A DNA stretch of 64,000 bases from an uncultured Candidatus Saccharibacteria bacterium (lineage in GTDB: Bacteria; Patescibacteriota; Minisyncoccia; Phycocordibacterales; Zambryskibacteraceae). The position numbers and the translations under genes are program-made. Below the pieces are notes generated by a model. The model was not told the origin of the DNA, searched no databases, and was given only the letters and a program-made list of their open reading frames with translations. Shown one piece after another: positions 1 through 9,396 of this stretch. Each line of letters starts with the position of its first letter. Within the stretch, counting starts at the first letter, position 1. Location: NCBI GenBank assembly GCA_964342515.1, contig CAYFFP010000001.1, positions 78,204 to 142,203 of the forward strand, read 5' to 3'.

Positions 1-231
1 TCTCCACATAAATTGTTCAAACTCAGGATAGAAGTGCTCAAGCATAGACCTTTTCCACCTCTCATCGAGAGGTGCGGATAAAATCAGTTTTTCTGCTTCC
101 CCTTTCATTCCCAGTGACATATATTTCTTGGTTTCATTAGAAAAATACTTACGACATTTAAAACAGATGATTTTAAGATCTGCATCAGTAATGATTTCCT
201 GGCATCTTAAACATTTTTCTTGCATTATTTT
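1..231 (-). CDS. Hypothetical protein with N-terminal CxxC...CxxC zinc-ribbon; 5'-partial (continues beyond window start)
   Basis: Reverse-complement translation from ATG at 231: MQEKCLRCQEIITDADLKIICFKCRKYF... is open to the window edge. Absent from the ORF track because it is truncated. Confidence 0.4.
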
Positions 232-724
232 TTCCTAAACAAAAAGCTAGCCGGTAATAAGCTAGCGCAGATACACTGAACCCCACGCTAGCTTGCAGGC
301 CTTACGGCCCATTAACCGTTTCCAGTTAATGCTCATGGAAGAGTCGCTGAACGTGGGGTTCAGTATCTTCCATGAGTCTTGAGAACCATGCCGGCAGTCA
401 ATGCTGTCGGTTTAGGCCCTGCCCTTACGGGCTATTCAGTTGTAGAAACATCCTAATAATACGCACTGAAAAGAACTTCGCAACACACCCCTTTCCCAAA
501 AAATCTGGCGCAACTTTTTAACAGGCCTAAAATCTAAAATCAGAATTTGTTCAATTTAGGTCTCGCGGAACCGTGTTCGTACGTCTCCTCCACGCTGCCC
601 GCCGTATTCAGTACCTAGATCGATCCACCCCCCGTGCCCTTATCAGAAATACTCAATAACAGACTTAAAAACTACAGAAGTGAGGTTAAGTCATTAATAG
701 TCAAACCTCGTGCGCATGTAGTGA

Positions 725-1066
725 GTGCGCTCTAATTTATCGTTCACTAAAAAAATTATGAGATCAGTTCAAGAAATCATAACTAGTCCGTGGCGGGGTA
801 GCGAACATTCAGAAGCGGCCGTTCGTGAACAAGTTCGATTGAGATTCGGCGATGAGGTCGCAGATTCATTTTCCTCCAGAACAGACGCAATGTCCTTCGC
901 AGCTTGGCTGTCGCGAGGCTTTGTTCCCCTTAAGAATTCTAAATCTCTTAAGTCTGTCGTCATCATCGAGGTTAAGGATAAGAAGACAGGTGAAATCGTA
1001 AAGAAGATACGAAGAGTCGTGAACTTATTTCACCGCAACGATGTCGTCAAACTCAATGATCGTTAA
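725..1066 (+). CDS. Hypothetical protein
   Basis: 113-aa ORF from the ORF track; no recognisable motif. It sits in a GC-richer segment upstream of island 1. Confidence 0.3.
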   Translation: MRSNLSFTKKIMRSVQEIITSPWRGSEHSEAAVREQVRLRFGDEVADSFSSRTDAMSFAAWLSRGFVPLKNSKSLKSVVIIEVKDKKTGEIVKKIRRVVNLFHRNDVVKLNDR

Positions 1067-1475
1067 AAAACGCATGACCATTGTTCGTAACCCCGGGACA
1101 ACGGATACGCCATGCTTGAAAATAGCTAATCGGCTATTGGAAGCAAATGGTTTCAGCGTAGGAACGCCAGTTCTGGTTTCTTATCGCGCCGGGGAAATTG
1201 TTATTACTTCTAACTTAGAAAATCAACATGTACAAAACAAATTACAAAAGCCGTGTCCTCTCGCCGATTCAGCCGTCGCGGATTCACCCGGCGGAAAAGA
1301 TGCGCCGGAAGGCCTTGGATACGCAGGACGAAACTCATCCGATTCGCAAAGAAATCAGGCGAATGTGCGGAGATTATCGTTTTACGGCAACCTTTACCGA
1401 AGATACGGACGCGCTGAAGAACTTTCCTCACATTTCCGGGTTGGTAGCGGTGAAATGTTTGCTCGCGAAAGATAA
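1041..1475 (+). CDS. ORF whose N-terminal part (approx 1074-1215) resembles the SymE/AbrB-fold (SpoVT/AbrB-like) domain; C-terminal part is low-complexity and overlaps another frame (possible frameshift or pseudogene)
   Basis: The motif LKIANRLLEANGFSVGTPVLVSYRAGEIVIT resembles the SymE-toxin/AbrB swapped-hairpin signature (LKGKWLEEAGF..G..V.V....G.LVI). The remainder of the ORF is Arg/Ser-rich filler and overlaps the 1228..1842 frame. Confidence 0.3.
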   Translation: MSSNSMIVKKRMTIVRNPGTTDTPCLKIANRLLEANGFSVGTPVLVSYRAGEIVITSNLENQHVQNKLQKPCPLADSAVADSPGGKDAPEGLGYAGRNSSDSQRNQANVRRLSFYGNLYRRYGRAEELSSHFRVGSGEMFARER

Positions 1476-1842
1476 TCAGCCTCTGGCCGAGGGTCATGGT
1501 TACGCCATTCTCACACGCATTAATAAGAGCATAGAGAGAACCGCGCTGGTTTGTATCAACGCCTCGTTCCTTTCTGCGTGCAACAACGCTTGTAAAATTT
1601 GGGATTCTCTTCGGCTTGACGCGCCGGCCGTAACTGGCCCAAAGGGTCTCGGGGAAGAATACAGGATTCAAGAGGAAGAGGTCGACAACATGGCAACAAT
1701 CCGCCAAGTCGATTATTTGAAGCAATTAATTCAAATTAATCTCGACGATCCTGAACGAGAGCAGCGATTGGCAGAAGTTGAAGGGCTCACAAAAGAAGAA
1801 GCGAGTCAGGCAATTGCCCAATTTGCCAACTTCGCAAACTAA
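1228..1842 (+). CDS. Hypothetical protein
   Basis: 204-aa ORF in a different frame from 1041..1475. No known motif. It ends where composition shifts from GC-rich to AT-rich. Confidence 0.35.
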   Translation: MYKTNYKSRVLSPIQPSRIHPAEKMRRKALDTQDETHPIRKEIRRMCGDYRFTATFTEDTDALKNFPHISGLVAVKCLLAKDNQPLAEGHGYAILTRINKSIERTALVCINASFLSACNNACKIWDSLRLDAPAVTGPKGLGEEYRIQEEEVDNMATIRQVDYLKQLIQINLDDPEREQRLAEVEGLTKEEASQAIAQFANFAN

Positions 1843-1960
1843 AGCTTCACAGAATAGCGGCTTCCGGCAACGGGGCCGCTATTTTTGTGCTACGATTACC
1901 ATAATTCTATGGAAGGACTATCGCCAAAAAAAGTTGAGATTTGTTGGGATTAAATATTTT

Positions 1961-2350
1961 ATGAATAAACACATTAAAACAAGCATTATAATTATTGCCC
2001 TGCTAATTATAGTCATCGCAACCTGGTGGTTTGTAAAACAATCTAATAAAAATACTGTCTATACGGATACAGAAGATACTAAACCTTGGGGTTTAATTGG
2101 TGGAGAAGGAGAAAGGATTTATTTGGACTATGGAGTTATCTATGCAGATATAGAAAGCCCAGATAAAGAATATAATATTGTAAATTATGTAGTCCACGTA
2201 ACCGCAGAGCGATACAAGAAGTTGATATTTTTTGATACGCCAGAAGAAGCAGAAAAGGCGGGATACAAGCCATCAGAAGATTTCGCTAAAGAGTACACCT
2301 GTTTCAATGAAGGGAAAGATACTATGGAATGTTCTGGGGTGTTTGATTAG
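1961..2350 (+). CDS. Hypothetical membrane-anchored protein (N-terminal TM helix)
   Basis: Internal ATG of ORF 1778..2350 chosen to avoid overlap with the upstream gene. MNKHIKTSIIIIALLIIVIATWWF looks like a signal-anchor. AT-rich. Confidence 0.4.
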   Translation: MNKHIKTSIIIIALLIIVIATWWFVKQSNKNTVYTDTEDTKPWGLIGGEGERIYLDYGVIYADIESPDKEYNIVNYVVHVTAERYKKLIFFDTPEEAEKAGYKPSEDFAKEYTCFNEGKDTMECSGVFD

Positions 2351-2465
2351 TAATCATGGACTGACTCTGATATACTAAACACACAATGCAACGCTTTAGA
2401 TTTAGATAGCCACCAAACGAACACCACATTCTCTCGTGGTTGTTCCTGGTGGCTTTTTGGTATTT

Positions 2466-2539
2466 GCCTTTGTAGCTCAATGGTAGAGCAGCGGAGTGAA
2501 GTCCCGAAGACGGAAGTCCAATTCTTCCCAAAGGCACAA
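2466..2539 (+). tRNA. tRNA-like gene, possibly tRNA-Phe(GAA), with a weak anticodon stem (possible pseudogene)
   Basis: Acceptor GCCTTTG/CAAAGGC. D-arm GCTC-AATGGTA-GAGC. T-arm GGAAG-TCCAATT-CTTCC. Candidate loop GTGAAGT gives anticodon GAA, but the stem has only 3 Watson-Crick pairs and the T-loop has C55. No encoded CCA. Confidence 0.35.
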
Positions 2540-2540
2540 T

Positions 2541-2612
2541 GCCCTCGTACGTTAATGGATAGACGGCCTGTGTTCTATCTAGGCAGTGGGGGTCCGATTC
2601 CTCCCGAGGGCG
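2541..2612 (+). tRNA. tRNA-Arg(TCT), non-canonical (G32, C55 in T-loop)
   Basis: Acceptor GCCCTCG/CGAGGGC. D-stem CGTT/GACG with loop AATGGATA. Anticodon stem CCTGT/CTAGG (one closing mismatch), loop GTTCTAT, anticodon TCT. T-arm GGGGG-TCCGATT-CCTCC. Confidence 0.5.
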
Positions 2613-2708
2613 CACGGTGTATAATCTAAATTATGAAAATAGATCCTAAAGAACTGGCAGATTTTGCGAAGATTTATAATAAGAATATAAATTACTTCAT
2701 TAAATAAT

Positions 2709-3197
2709 ATGCTTTACATATTTTTAACTATAATAATAGGTTTACTGATTAAACTAATTTATTTCCCAAGAGATAAAGGGGTAGAAGCACAGACGTACTG
2801 GAATAATTTGTTTGGTCGTAAGATACATATTCTGGACTATAGAAAAGATGATCCGAGAAACAAAACGCACCCAGAGGAGATGGTCAGGATGAAGGATGGT
2901 AGCCTTTCACATAGAAAACTGGCAATGTTGCTTGATGTGGTACAAGAAAAAACACCAAAAGAAATAGCGGATGAACACGAAAAAGAAGCTGAAAAGTATG
3001 GTTTTAAGGTATCTAAAGAACCTTATTCTTTAGTGTCGTTCCTAAATGAAGGAAAGGGTGTTGGAGGTGTAAAGAAACTAAAAAAAGCGGAGAAAAAAGT
3101 ATTAGAAAGGTTGAAAAAAGACAAGAAACCATCAAAAATAGATTGGGCAAAACTTCATTTAGAAGCTCTCAAAAAGATAGGCAAAACTGAAAAATAA
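2709..3197 (+). CDS. Hypothetical protein, N-terminal TM helix, Lys/Glu-rich C-terminus
   Basis: 162-aa ORF in an AT-rich island; no known motif. Confidence 0.4.
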   Translation: MLYIFLTIIIGLLIKLIYFPRDKGVEAQTYWNNLFGRKIHILDYRKDDPRNKTHPEEMVRMKDGSLSHRKLAMLLDVVQEKTPKEIADEHEKEAEKYGFKVSKEPYSLVSFLNEGKGVGGVKKLKKAEKKVLERLKKDKKPSKIDWAKLHLEALKKIGKTEK

Positions 3198-3287
3198 AAG
3201 TAAACAAGGTCAATAATATAGCTTCAGCTACGCTATTTTTGTGCTAATTGTGATAATGTTCAATGATGTTACTACTCTAGCATCAAC

Positions 3288-4388
3288 ATGAAGCGCATTT
3301 ACTTATTTATATCTACCCGGATCAAGCTTGGTTTCCTATTTATAATTATTTTAGTTCCAGCAATACTTGCTCTCCCGAAACCGTTATCCTGGAAGCCTTT
3401 TTACTATAATGAATTATCTTTGATAGTAGAACTAAGTAATGTAGTTTTGGGAAATGAAAGTACGCCTTTTGTGATTCCACATAAAATTGACGCTATTGGT
3501 AAGTCTCCCTTTTTGTATCTACTAGGAATTGAAACTGGCTCAATGCCCACTTTCATAGATATAAGCAATACAAGTAAGATTATTGGTAACGATGGTGTGT
3601 TGATAGATTCTCAAACTTTTTTGGATAAAGGAGGAGTCGTCGATATCTTTGTAAACTTAAATCAAGATAACAAAGAATTGATGATTAAAGTCCCACTTGC
3701 CACATCTACGCGTGAATTTATCACCGCGACCAATGCCTCACATGTGGATGGTGAAATCAGATGGGGAGTCGGTAATACGCTACAAACAGAAAAGTTATGG
3801 AGACAGATAGTATTTGATATGACAGCGAAAATAGGGTTCGAGTTTAAATGGAACATGTATTTGGTAAACTTCTTCATATTATTAGGAGGCTGGATTATTT
3901 TCTTATCATCCCTAATACAAGTTTTTCATGTTTTAATAAAAGACAAAATGAAAAGTAAATTTTATACTGCAGGAGCCATTGAAGAAATGATGGATCTTTC
4001 AAATGAACTGATTCCAGATGAAGAGTGCGGCAAACTAGCAAAATCCCTAACGTTTTTACCGACAGAAGTGGTAGATTTTCTTGATGAAAAGTACGCGTTT
4101 TTAAGTCCTAGTGCTGATGGCTGGACATTGAATTTAAGCGATGAACGTTTGCGGGAGAAAGAGGATCTTAAGGGCTTCATTTTATTACATCCGGATCTTT
4201 GGGAAAAGGACGAGATGACGATTGCCTATACTGTGGCGCATGAATCAGTACATGCTTTCAGGCAACATGGAGATGAGAGAACGCTTGAACAGGAGAAGGA
4301 AGCGGATAAACTTGCCGTAGAGTGGCTTTCTGAACATTTTAAGAAAAAAGATTTATTGAAAGTATGTTTTTATCTCGGGAAACACTAA
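3288..4388 (+). CDS. Membrane protein with C-terminal HExxH zincin-like domain (ImmA/IrrE, M78-like)
   Basis: N-terminal signal/TM and an internal TM. C-terminus VAHESVHAF...EQEKEADKLAVEWL matches HExxH plus the downstream E..A..FA..LL pattern of the ImmA/IrrE metallopeptidase family. Confidence 0.5.
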   Translation: MKRIYLFISTRIKLGFLFIIILVPAILALPKPLSWKPFYYNELSLIVELSNVVLGNESTPFVIPHKIDAIGKSPFLYLLGIETGSMPTFIDISNTSKIIGNDGVLIDSQTFLDKGGVVDIFVNLNQDNKELMIKVPLATSTREFITATNASHVDGEIRWGVGNTLQTEKLWRQIVFDMTAKIGFEFKWNMYLVNFFILLGGWIIFLSSLIQVFHVLIKDKMKSKFYTAGAIEEMMDLSNELIPDEECGKLAKSLTFLPTEVVDFLDEKYAFLSPSADGWTLNLSDERLREKEDLKGFILLHPDLWEKDEMTIAYTVAHESVHAFRQHGDERTLEQEKEADKLAVEWLSEHFKKKDLLKVCFYLGKH

Positions 4389-4482
4389 CGGATAGAAAAA
4401 TAACCCAATGCTTGCTAGAGTATTAACTACTTTAGATGCAGGCGAAATTTCCCAGTAAAATAACAGTTTAGTTAAAGCGATT

Positions 4483-7400
4483 ATGACTACCTCGACAAAA
4501 AAGCCCACAGACACACCTATTGATCCAAAGATCAAAACAATAAGAGATTACCAGGAAAAAGTGGTAGATCTTTCTCGACGAAACCGTCTCCTGAAGTATC
4601 CTTTGAAGGCTCGCCGAATCTCATTTGATCTGAGTCTGCAAGATTTCCATGAGAATTATGGAATGTCTGAAGATTTTAGTATGGAATTTCTTCACAAACT
4701 TGTTCTTGCACAAGATGAGGATGGAAGTCAATTGCCACTATTTCACAATAAAAGGGGCAGAAAAAATGAAAATCAGAAATTCACTCCAATTACGACCCCT
4801 AAAGGAGAGAAGCTACTCAATGCTTTTATATCGCTTAGACTGGATGCCAAAAGAAAATTTGAAGAACATGGCTTAAATACTCTTTTTCTGACAATTGGAA
4901 AGATAAAGTGGAAAGAAAAACAAACAGGGAGAGGTTCTTCCGATGCGAGTGATGAATGGGATTATAATGCCCCATTACTCCTGATTCCTATAAAGATAGA
5001 GGACTACAGACAGCCGATAAAAAAGACGGTAATAAGGCAGGACTTTGAGAGCGGAGAGATTAGCGTTAATCCGATTTTGAGATTATTCCTAGAACGGCAA
5101 TACGGCATTGTAATTCCTGACCTGGAAATTCCGGAAGAAGTTGAAAATATCTCCATCCTCGTTAACAAGTTTGTAACAAAGTTTAAAAAGGCTTTTTCTG
5201 ATTCAAAAATTAAACACAATATCGATTTAGATATAGAGATTGGACAGTACTCATTCTACGGACAACAGATTTACGAGGATTTAAGGGATAACGAGGAGGA
5301 AATAGCAGACAATCCTTTCATTACTTCTTTATGTGAAAAGGCTTCCTTAACTCAAAAAAACTTTTCTGATGTTGAACCTAACCCCGAAAGACTTCTGGAT
5401 CCGGAGGAAGACTTCAGCATACTGGATGCCGACGTTAGTCAATTAGAAGTAATCCAGAAGGTCATATGGGGCCAGAGCATGGTTGTTCAAGGTCCACCGG
5501 GTACCGGCAAAAGCCAGACTATCGTAAATCTTGTTTCTAATCTGCTTGCTAGAGGTAAGAGCGTATTAGTAGTCTGCGAAAAACATGTTGCTTTGGAGGT
5601 TGTCTTGAAAAGATTAAAAGATGCCGGTCTGGACAAGCTCTGCTTACCCCTATTTCAATTCAGTACAGACAAAAGCCGTTTCGCTAAAAGTATAATCGAA
5701 GATAGAAATTACATCATTAAAAATTTCTCTTCAGAAAATAGAGCACTTCACTCTTCTTTGGAACTTAGACAAAAGAGTATAAATAAATTGAAAGATTATG
5801 CAAAAACTCTTTCAAAAATAATTGAACCATTGGGCAGAAATGTATTCTGGGTACATGGAGAATTATCTCGGATGCAGTCGATTAATTCTGACGACCCTAT
5901 CTTATGGAAGGGAAATGATCTACAGGCCATCACTTTTCCAGAATATCAAGAGTTAATTACTCTTACCGCCAATATAGCTCCGATATTAAAGAAAAAGGAA
6001 GAAAATGCAGTTGATTACTGGCAGTCAATAAAGAAAGAGCATTTCTCTCCCGACTACGCAACGCGAGTATTTCAGGCTCTGTCTGACGCTAAAAGAAATC
6101 TTAGTTCTTTAATAAAGATTAAGCCTGATTTGCTACCAATCCATTCCGTCTCCGATATTAAAAAAGCAGTAGAACTCAAGGAAAAAATAACTTCAATTTT
6201 ACCTCTAGATTTGCATAACTTGGGAATCAGAACTGACACTTCCATAGAAGATGTGATTACTGGGTTAAAAAAGCTAAATAAGATGTTGTCATTGTATGAA
6301 AAGACAAACTCTTCCTTAGCAAAGAAATACCTTGTACCGGAATCATGGTATTTACCAAACCAAAGTCATTTTGACGGCTTGAATGACAATGTCCTAATTG
6401 TTGATATTGAGAAGGCGGAAATAGAACTGAAAGCAACTGAGGACTCCTTAAAATTTACTAAGAAATTCCTATCTCAAAATAAGGCAGATTACTTAATTGC
6501 TCTACCGATCAATGAACTTTCGAAATATATTCCACTTTTCGAGCTAGATTCCGTCTTAAAGAAGCTTAGTTCATGGAATAACATTGGCTCACTTAAGTCT
6601 GCTGCTGAATCGATAGGGGTACTCTATGCGATTTATCAAAAATTGGAATCGGCTAAGCTCGAGTTTGAAAAGAGAGCCATTACTTTCGCTGATCTCAATG
6701 AATCAGAGGCCCTGGTGATCGCCGACAGATTTCAAGAGAAATATAAGTATTTTTTTAGATTTATTTTCCCTCAATACAAAAAGGATTGCATGGTAATTGC
6801 TTCATGGTGCGGAGTTGAAGTGCCGGTGAAATTCGCTGATTTCAATAAGATTGTCTTAAGTGTTCAAGATTGTTTTAGGCTTACCACGAAGTTTAAAGCT
6901 CTTTTGTCGCAGTTTAATCAGAAATGGACTCAAAAGAAAGATGGAGTTGGGTATGCTTCAATTCCAGGGTTGCATACGAATTTATCTAGATTGATCGATT
7001 GGCTCACTCTTGAAGGTAAGGAAGAACTGCCTCCTCAATTATTCAAATTTATTGAAACTAATCTAGATAATGAAGATCTGAAGACCTTGCCGTTAAGTCT
7101 GAATTCAATAAGCAAACTGTTGAACAATTTTTTAAAGGTTTTCAACTTAAATGATTCCCTATCCTTTAACGAGATTGAAAGTAAAAGAAGATCTTTGGAT
7201 AATCAAATAAAGAATATTATTCAGAACTACAGAAATGTCGTCGAGATTCTCCCAGAAAACCAACCAAAAACAGTCGACGAGATGAAGAGTGATATAGCTG
7301 CGATAAATCAACTGGCGGATGTCTTGAAAACAGTATCGAAAAAAGAACTGGATGACTTATTTCACCCAGAAACTAGCCTAAGGGAAATTGTCGGTCTCTC

Positions 7401-9396
7401 CTTACGATTCAATAAGGAAGGTGAGAAACTAGAAAAGATATCTGGGGCGGTTTCTAAATTTATTCCTGAATCAACCGCCTTAAGTTTAAGTCTGTTTAAT
7501 GATCTTCTCTTAAAATTGAACGAGAAAAGCATTCTCTGGGAACAACCTCTTGAGCAATACGAAACTTCCATTTCTAATCTTGATGGCCTCTTTGAAACTG
7601 AAGGTAGTCTAGCGCATCTTGAATTATTAAATCTTTCGGAACAGGATAAATCCCTTACTAAAATGAATTTGGATGTAGGTGGATTAGAAAATCAAATGAA
7701 TTTTGCAAGATATGCACATGTTTTTAGAGACAAAGGACATGAGTGGTTTCTCAAGGATATAAATGGCAAATCGATTGCCAACCTAAGTGCATTATTTGCT
7801 CAGTCCCTCTGGAACGCATGGCTAGATAATTATTACCGGAAAAATCCGGCCTTGAGAGACTTCAATATTCTTGAGCACAAGAAGGTCATGGCTGATTTCA
7901 AGGCGCTTGAGAGAGAAGTCTTGAAGATTAATGCCGCCCGAGTGATGGGGAAAGTCGGACCAATAGTTAAATCCCATAAATTACATTGCAATCAAGCTGA
8001 CGAGAGATATTTGGTCCATCAAAGTGAGCTCCAGCGTAGGCATAAGCCTATCCGGCAAGTAGTTACCAATTGCCCGGATCATCTCCAGGGTTATAAACCA
8101 TGTTGGATGATGAGCCCTCTGACCCTAAGCTCTTATATTCCCTATGGGAAAATGAATTTTGATGTCGTTATTTTTGACGAGGCATCTCAAATGAGAGTAG
8201 AACATGCTCTTGGTGCTATTGCTCGAGCCGGTCAAGTTGTTATATTTGGAGATGAACACCAATTGCCGCCTACCTCTTTCTTTGAAGTGACTTCCGAAGG
8301 AGACGAGGAATCCGAAGAAGAACAGGACTTTGAAAGTATTCTCCATGCCTCTAAAACGGTGCTTCCGAACGCAGACGAATCACTCTTATATCATTACCGA
8401 AGTAAACATGAGGACTTAATCGCTTTTTGCAATTATGAAGTCTATGATGGCCGTCTTATCACTTTTCCAAATCCAACTATAAGTAAGAGTGTGGGATTCG
8501 TGCATGTGGCGGATGGTGTATTTGATGGAGCAGTAAGTAGAGAAGGATATTCCGGCACAAGGAGAAATGATATCGAGGCTAAAAGAGTTGCCGAAGTCTG
8601 CGCCCAACATGCCGCTGATTATCCGGATAAATCTATCGGTGTGATCGCTTTCAGTAAGAGCCAAGAATTGGCTATAAGAGATGCCGTTATTAATCTGCTT
8701 GAGACAAATCCGGAAGTAAGGGATAAGCTGAATGAGGATGATCCTAGCTCTGATGCTTTCTTTATTAAAAATCTCGAATCAGTACAGGGTGATGAAAGAG
8801 ATATCATCGTCCTCTCAATTGGATATGCCAGAGATAAGAATGGCGATATGCATAACCGTTTCGGTCCTATAAATGCGAGAAGTGGCTATCGTAGGTTAAA
8901 TGTAGCTTTTACTCGCGCTAAAGAAAAAATTGTCTGCGTCTCCTCTATAAAGGCTACTGATATAAGGCCAGGCCCTACTGCCAGAGGAGCCAAGATGCTC
9001 CAACATTACTTGGATTATGCTGAAAATGGTCCTGCCGTATTGGTTTCTAGCCTGCTGGTCCAAAATAATGCAGTCGATGTCGATAGTCCATTTGAACTTG
9101 ATGTTGAAAAAGCCCTCATGGATCGAGGATACAAAATTGAAAGACAGGTTGGCGCTTCCGGATATAAGATCGATTTGGCGGTTATTGATCCTAAAAATGA
9201 CGGTCAATACATTTTAGGTATTGAATGCGATGGTGCTACTTACCACTCCTCTTATTCAGCTAGGGTAAATGACCGGCTTAGGCAAGATGTTCTAGAAAGG
9301 TTAGGTTGGAAAATCTATAGGGTTTGGTCTCAGCACTGGATCACTCATAAGAGTGAGATCGTTGACGACATTACTCGATCAATAAGTAAGATTTAA
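4483..9396 (+). CDS. Large SF1 (Upf1-like) helicase with N-terminal DUF4011-like region and C-terminal DUF559/Vsr-like PD-(D/E)xK endonuclease; Hhe-like
   Basis: Walker A GPPGTGKSQT. Motif II VIFDEASQM. AAA_12 motifs DERDIIVLSIGYAR and NVAFTRAKEKIVCVSS. N-terminus RRNRLLKYP is typical of DUF4011. C-terminus GYKIDLAVID...GIECDGATYHSS...RQDVLERLGWKIYRVWSQHW is a DUF559/Vsr-type nuclease fold. Confidence 0.85.
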   Translation: MTTSTKKPTDTPIDPKIKTIRDYQEKVVDLSRRNRLLKYPLKARRISFDLSLQDFHENYGMSEDFSMEFLHKLVLAQDEDGSQLPLFHNKRGRKNENQKFTPITTPKGEKLLNAFISLRLDAKRKFEEHGLNTLFLTIGKIKWKEKQTGRGSSDASDEWDYNAPLLLIPIKIEDYRQPIKKTVIRQDFESGEISVNPILRLFLERQYGIVIPDLEIPEEVENISILVNKFVTKFKKAFSDSKIKHNIDLDIEIGQYSFYGQQIYEDLRDNEEEIADNPFITSLCEKASLTQKNFSDVEPNPERLLDPEEDFSILDADVSQLEVIQKVIWGQSMVVQGPPGTGKSQTIVNLVSNLLARGKSVLVVCEKHVALEVVLKRLKDAGLDKLCLPLFQFSTDKSRFAKSIIEDRNYIIKNFSSENRALHSSLELRQKSINKLKDYAKTLSKIIEPLGRNVFWVHGELSRMQSINSDDPILWKGNDLQAITFPEYQELITLTANIAPILKKKEENAVDYWQSIKKEHFSPDYATRVFQALSDAKRNLSSLIKIKPDLLPIHSVSDIKKAVELKEKITSILPLDLHNLGIRTDTSIEDVITGLKKLNKMLSLYEKTNSSLAKKYLVPESWYLPNQSHFDGLNDNVLIVDIEKAEIELKATEDSLKFTKKFLSQNKADYLIALPINELSKYIPLFELDSVLKKLSSWNNIGSLKSAAESIGVLYAIYQKLESAKLEFEKRAITFADLNESEALVIADRFQEKYKYFFRFIFPQYKKDCMVIASWCGVEVPVKFADFNKIVLSVQDCFRLTTKFKALLSQFNQKWTQKKDGVGYASIPGLHTNLSRLIDWLTLEGKEELPPQLFKFIETNLDNEDLKTLPLSLNSISKLLNNFLKVFNLNDSLSFNEIESKRRSLDNQIKNIIQNYRNVVEILPENQPKTVDEMKSDIAAINQLADVLKTVSKKELDDLFHPETSLREIVGLSLRFNKEGEKLEKISGAVSKFIPESTALSLSLFNDLLLKLNEKSILWEQPLEQYETSISNLDGLFETEGSLAHLELLNLSEQDKSLTKMNLDVGGLENQMNFARYAHVFRDKGHEWFLKDINGKSIANLSALFAQSLWNAWLDNYYRKNPALRDFNILEHKKVMADFKALEREVLKINAARVMGKVGPIVKSHKLHCNQADERYLVHQSELQRRHKPIRQVVTNCPDHLQGYKPCWMMSPLTLSSYIPYGKMNFDVVIFDEASQMRVEHALGAIARAGQVVIFGDEHQLPPTSFFEVTSEGDEESEEEQDFESILHASKTVLPNADESLLYHYRSKHEDLIAFCNYEVYDGRLITFPNPTISKSVGFVHVADGVFDGAVSREGYSGTRRNDIEAKRVAEVCAQHAADYPDKSIGVIAFSKSQELAIRDAVINLLETNPEVRDKLNEDDPSSDAFFIKNLESVQGDERDIIVLSIGYARDKNGDMHNRFGPINARSGYRRLNVAFTRAKEKIVCVSSIKATDIRPGPTARGAKMLQHYLDYAENGPAVLVSSLLVQNNAVDVDSPFELDVEKALMDRGYKIERQVGASGYKIDLAVIDPKNDGQYILGIECDGATYHSSYSARVNDRLRQDVLERLGWKIYRVWSQHWITHKSEIVDDITRSISKI

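Noticed and set aside
1778-1960. N-terminal 61 codons of ORF 1778..2350
   Set aside because: They overlap the end of the 1228..1842 gene and lack coding character. An internal ATG at 1961, followed by a signal-anchor, is the more plausible start.
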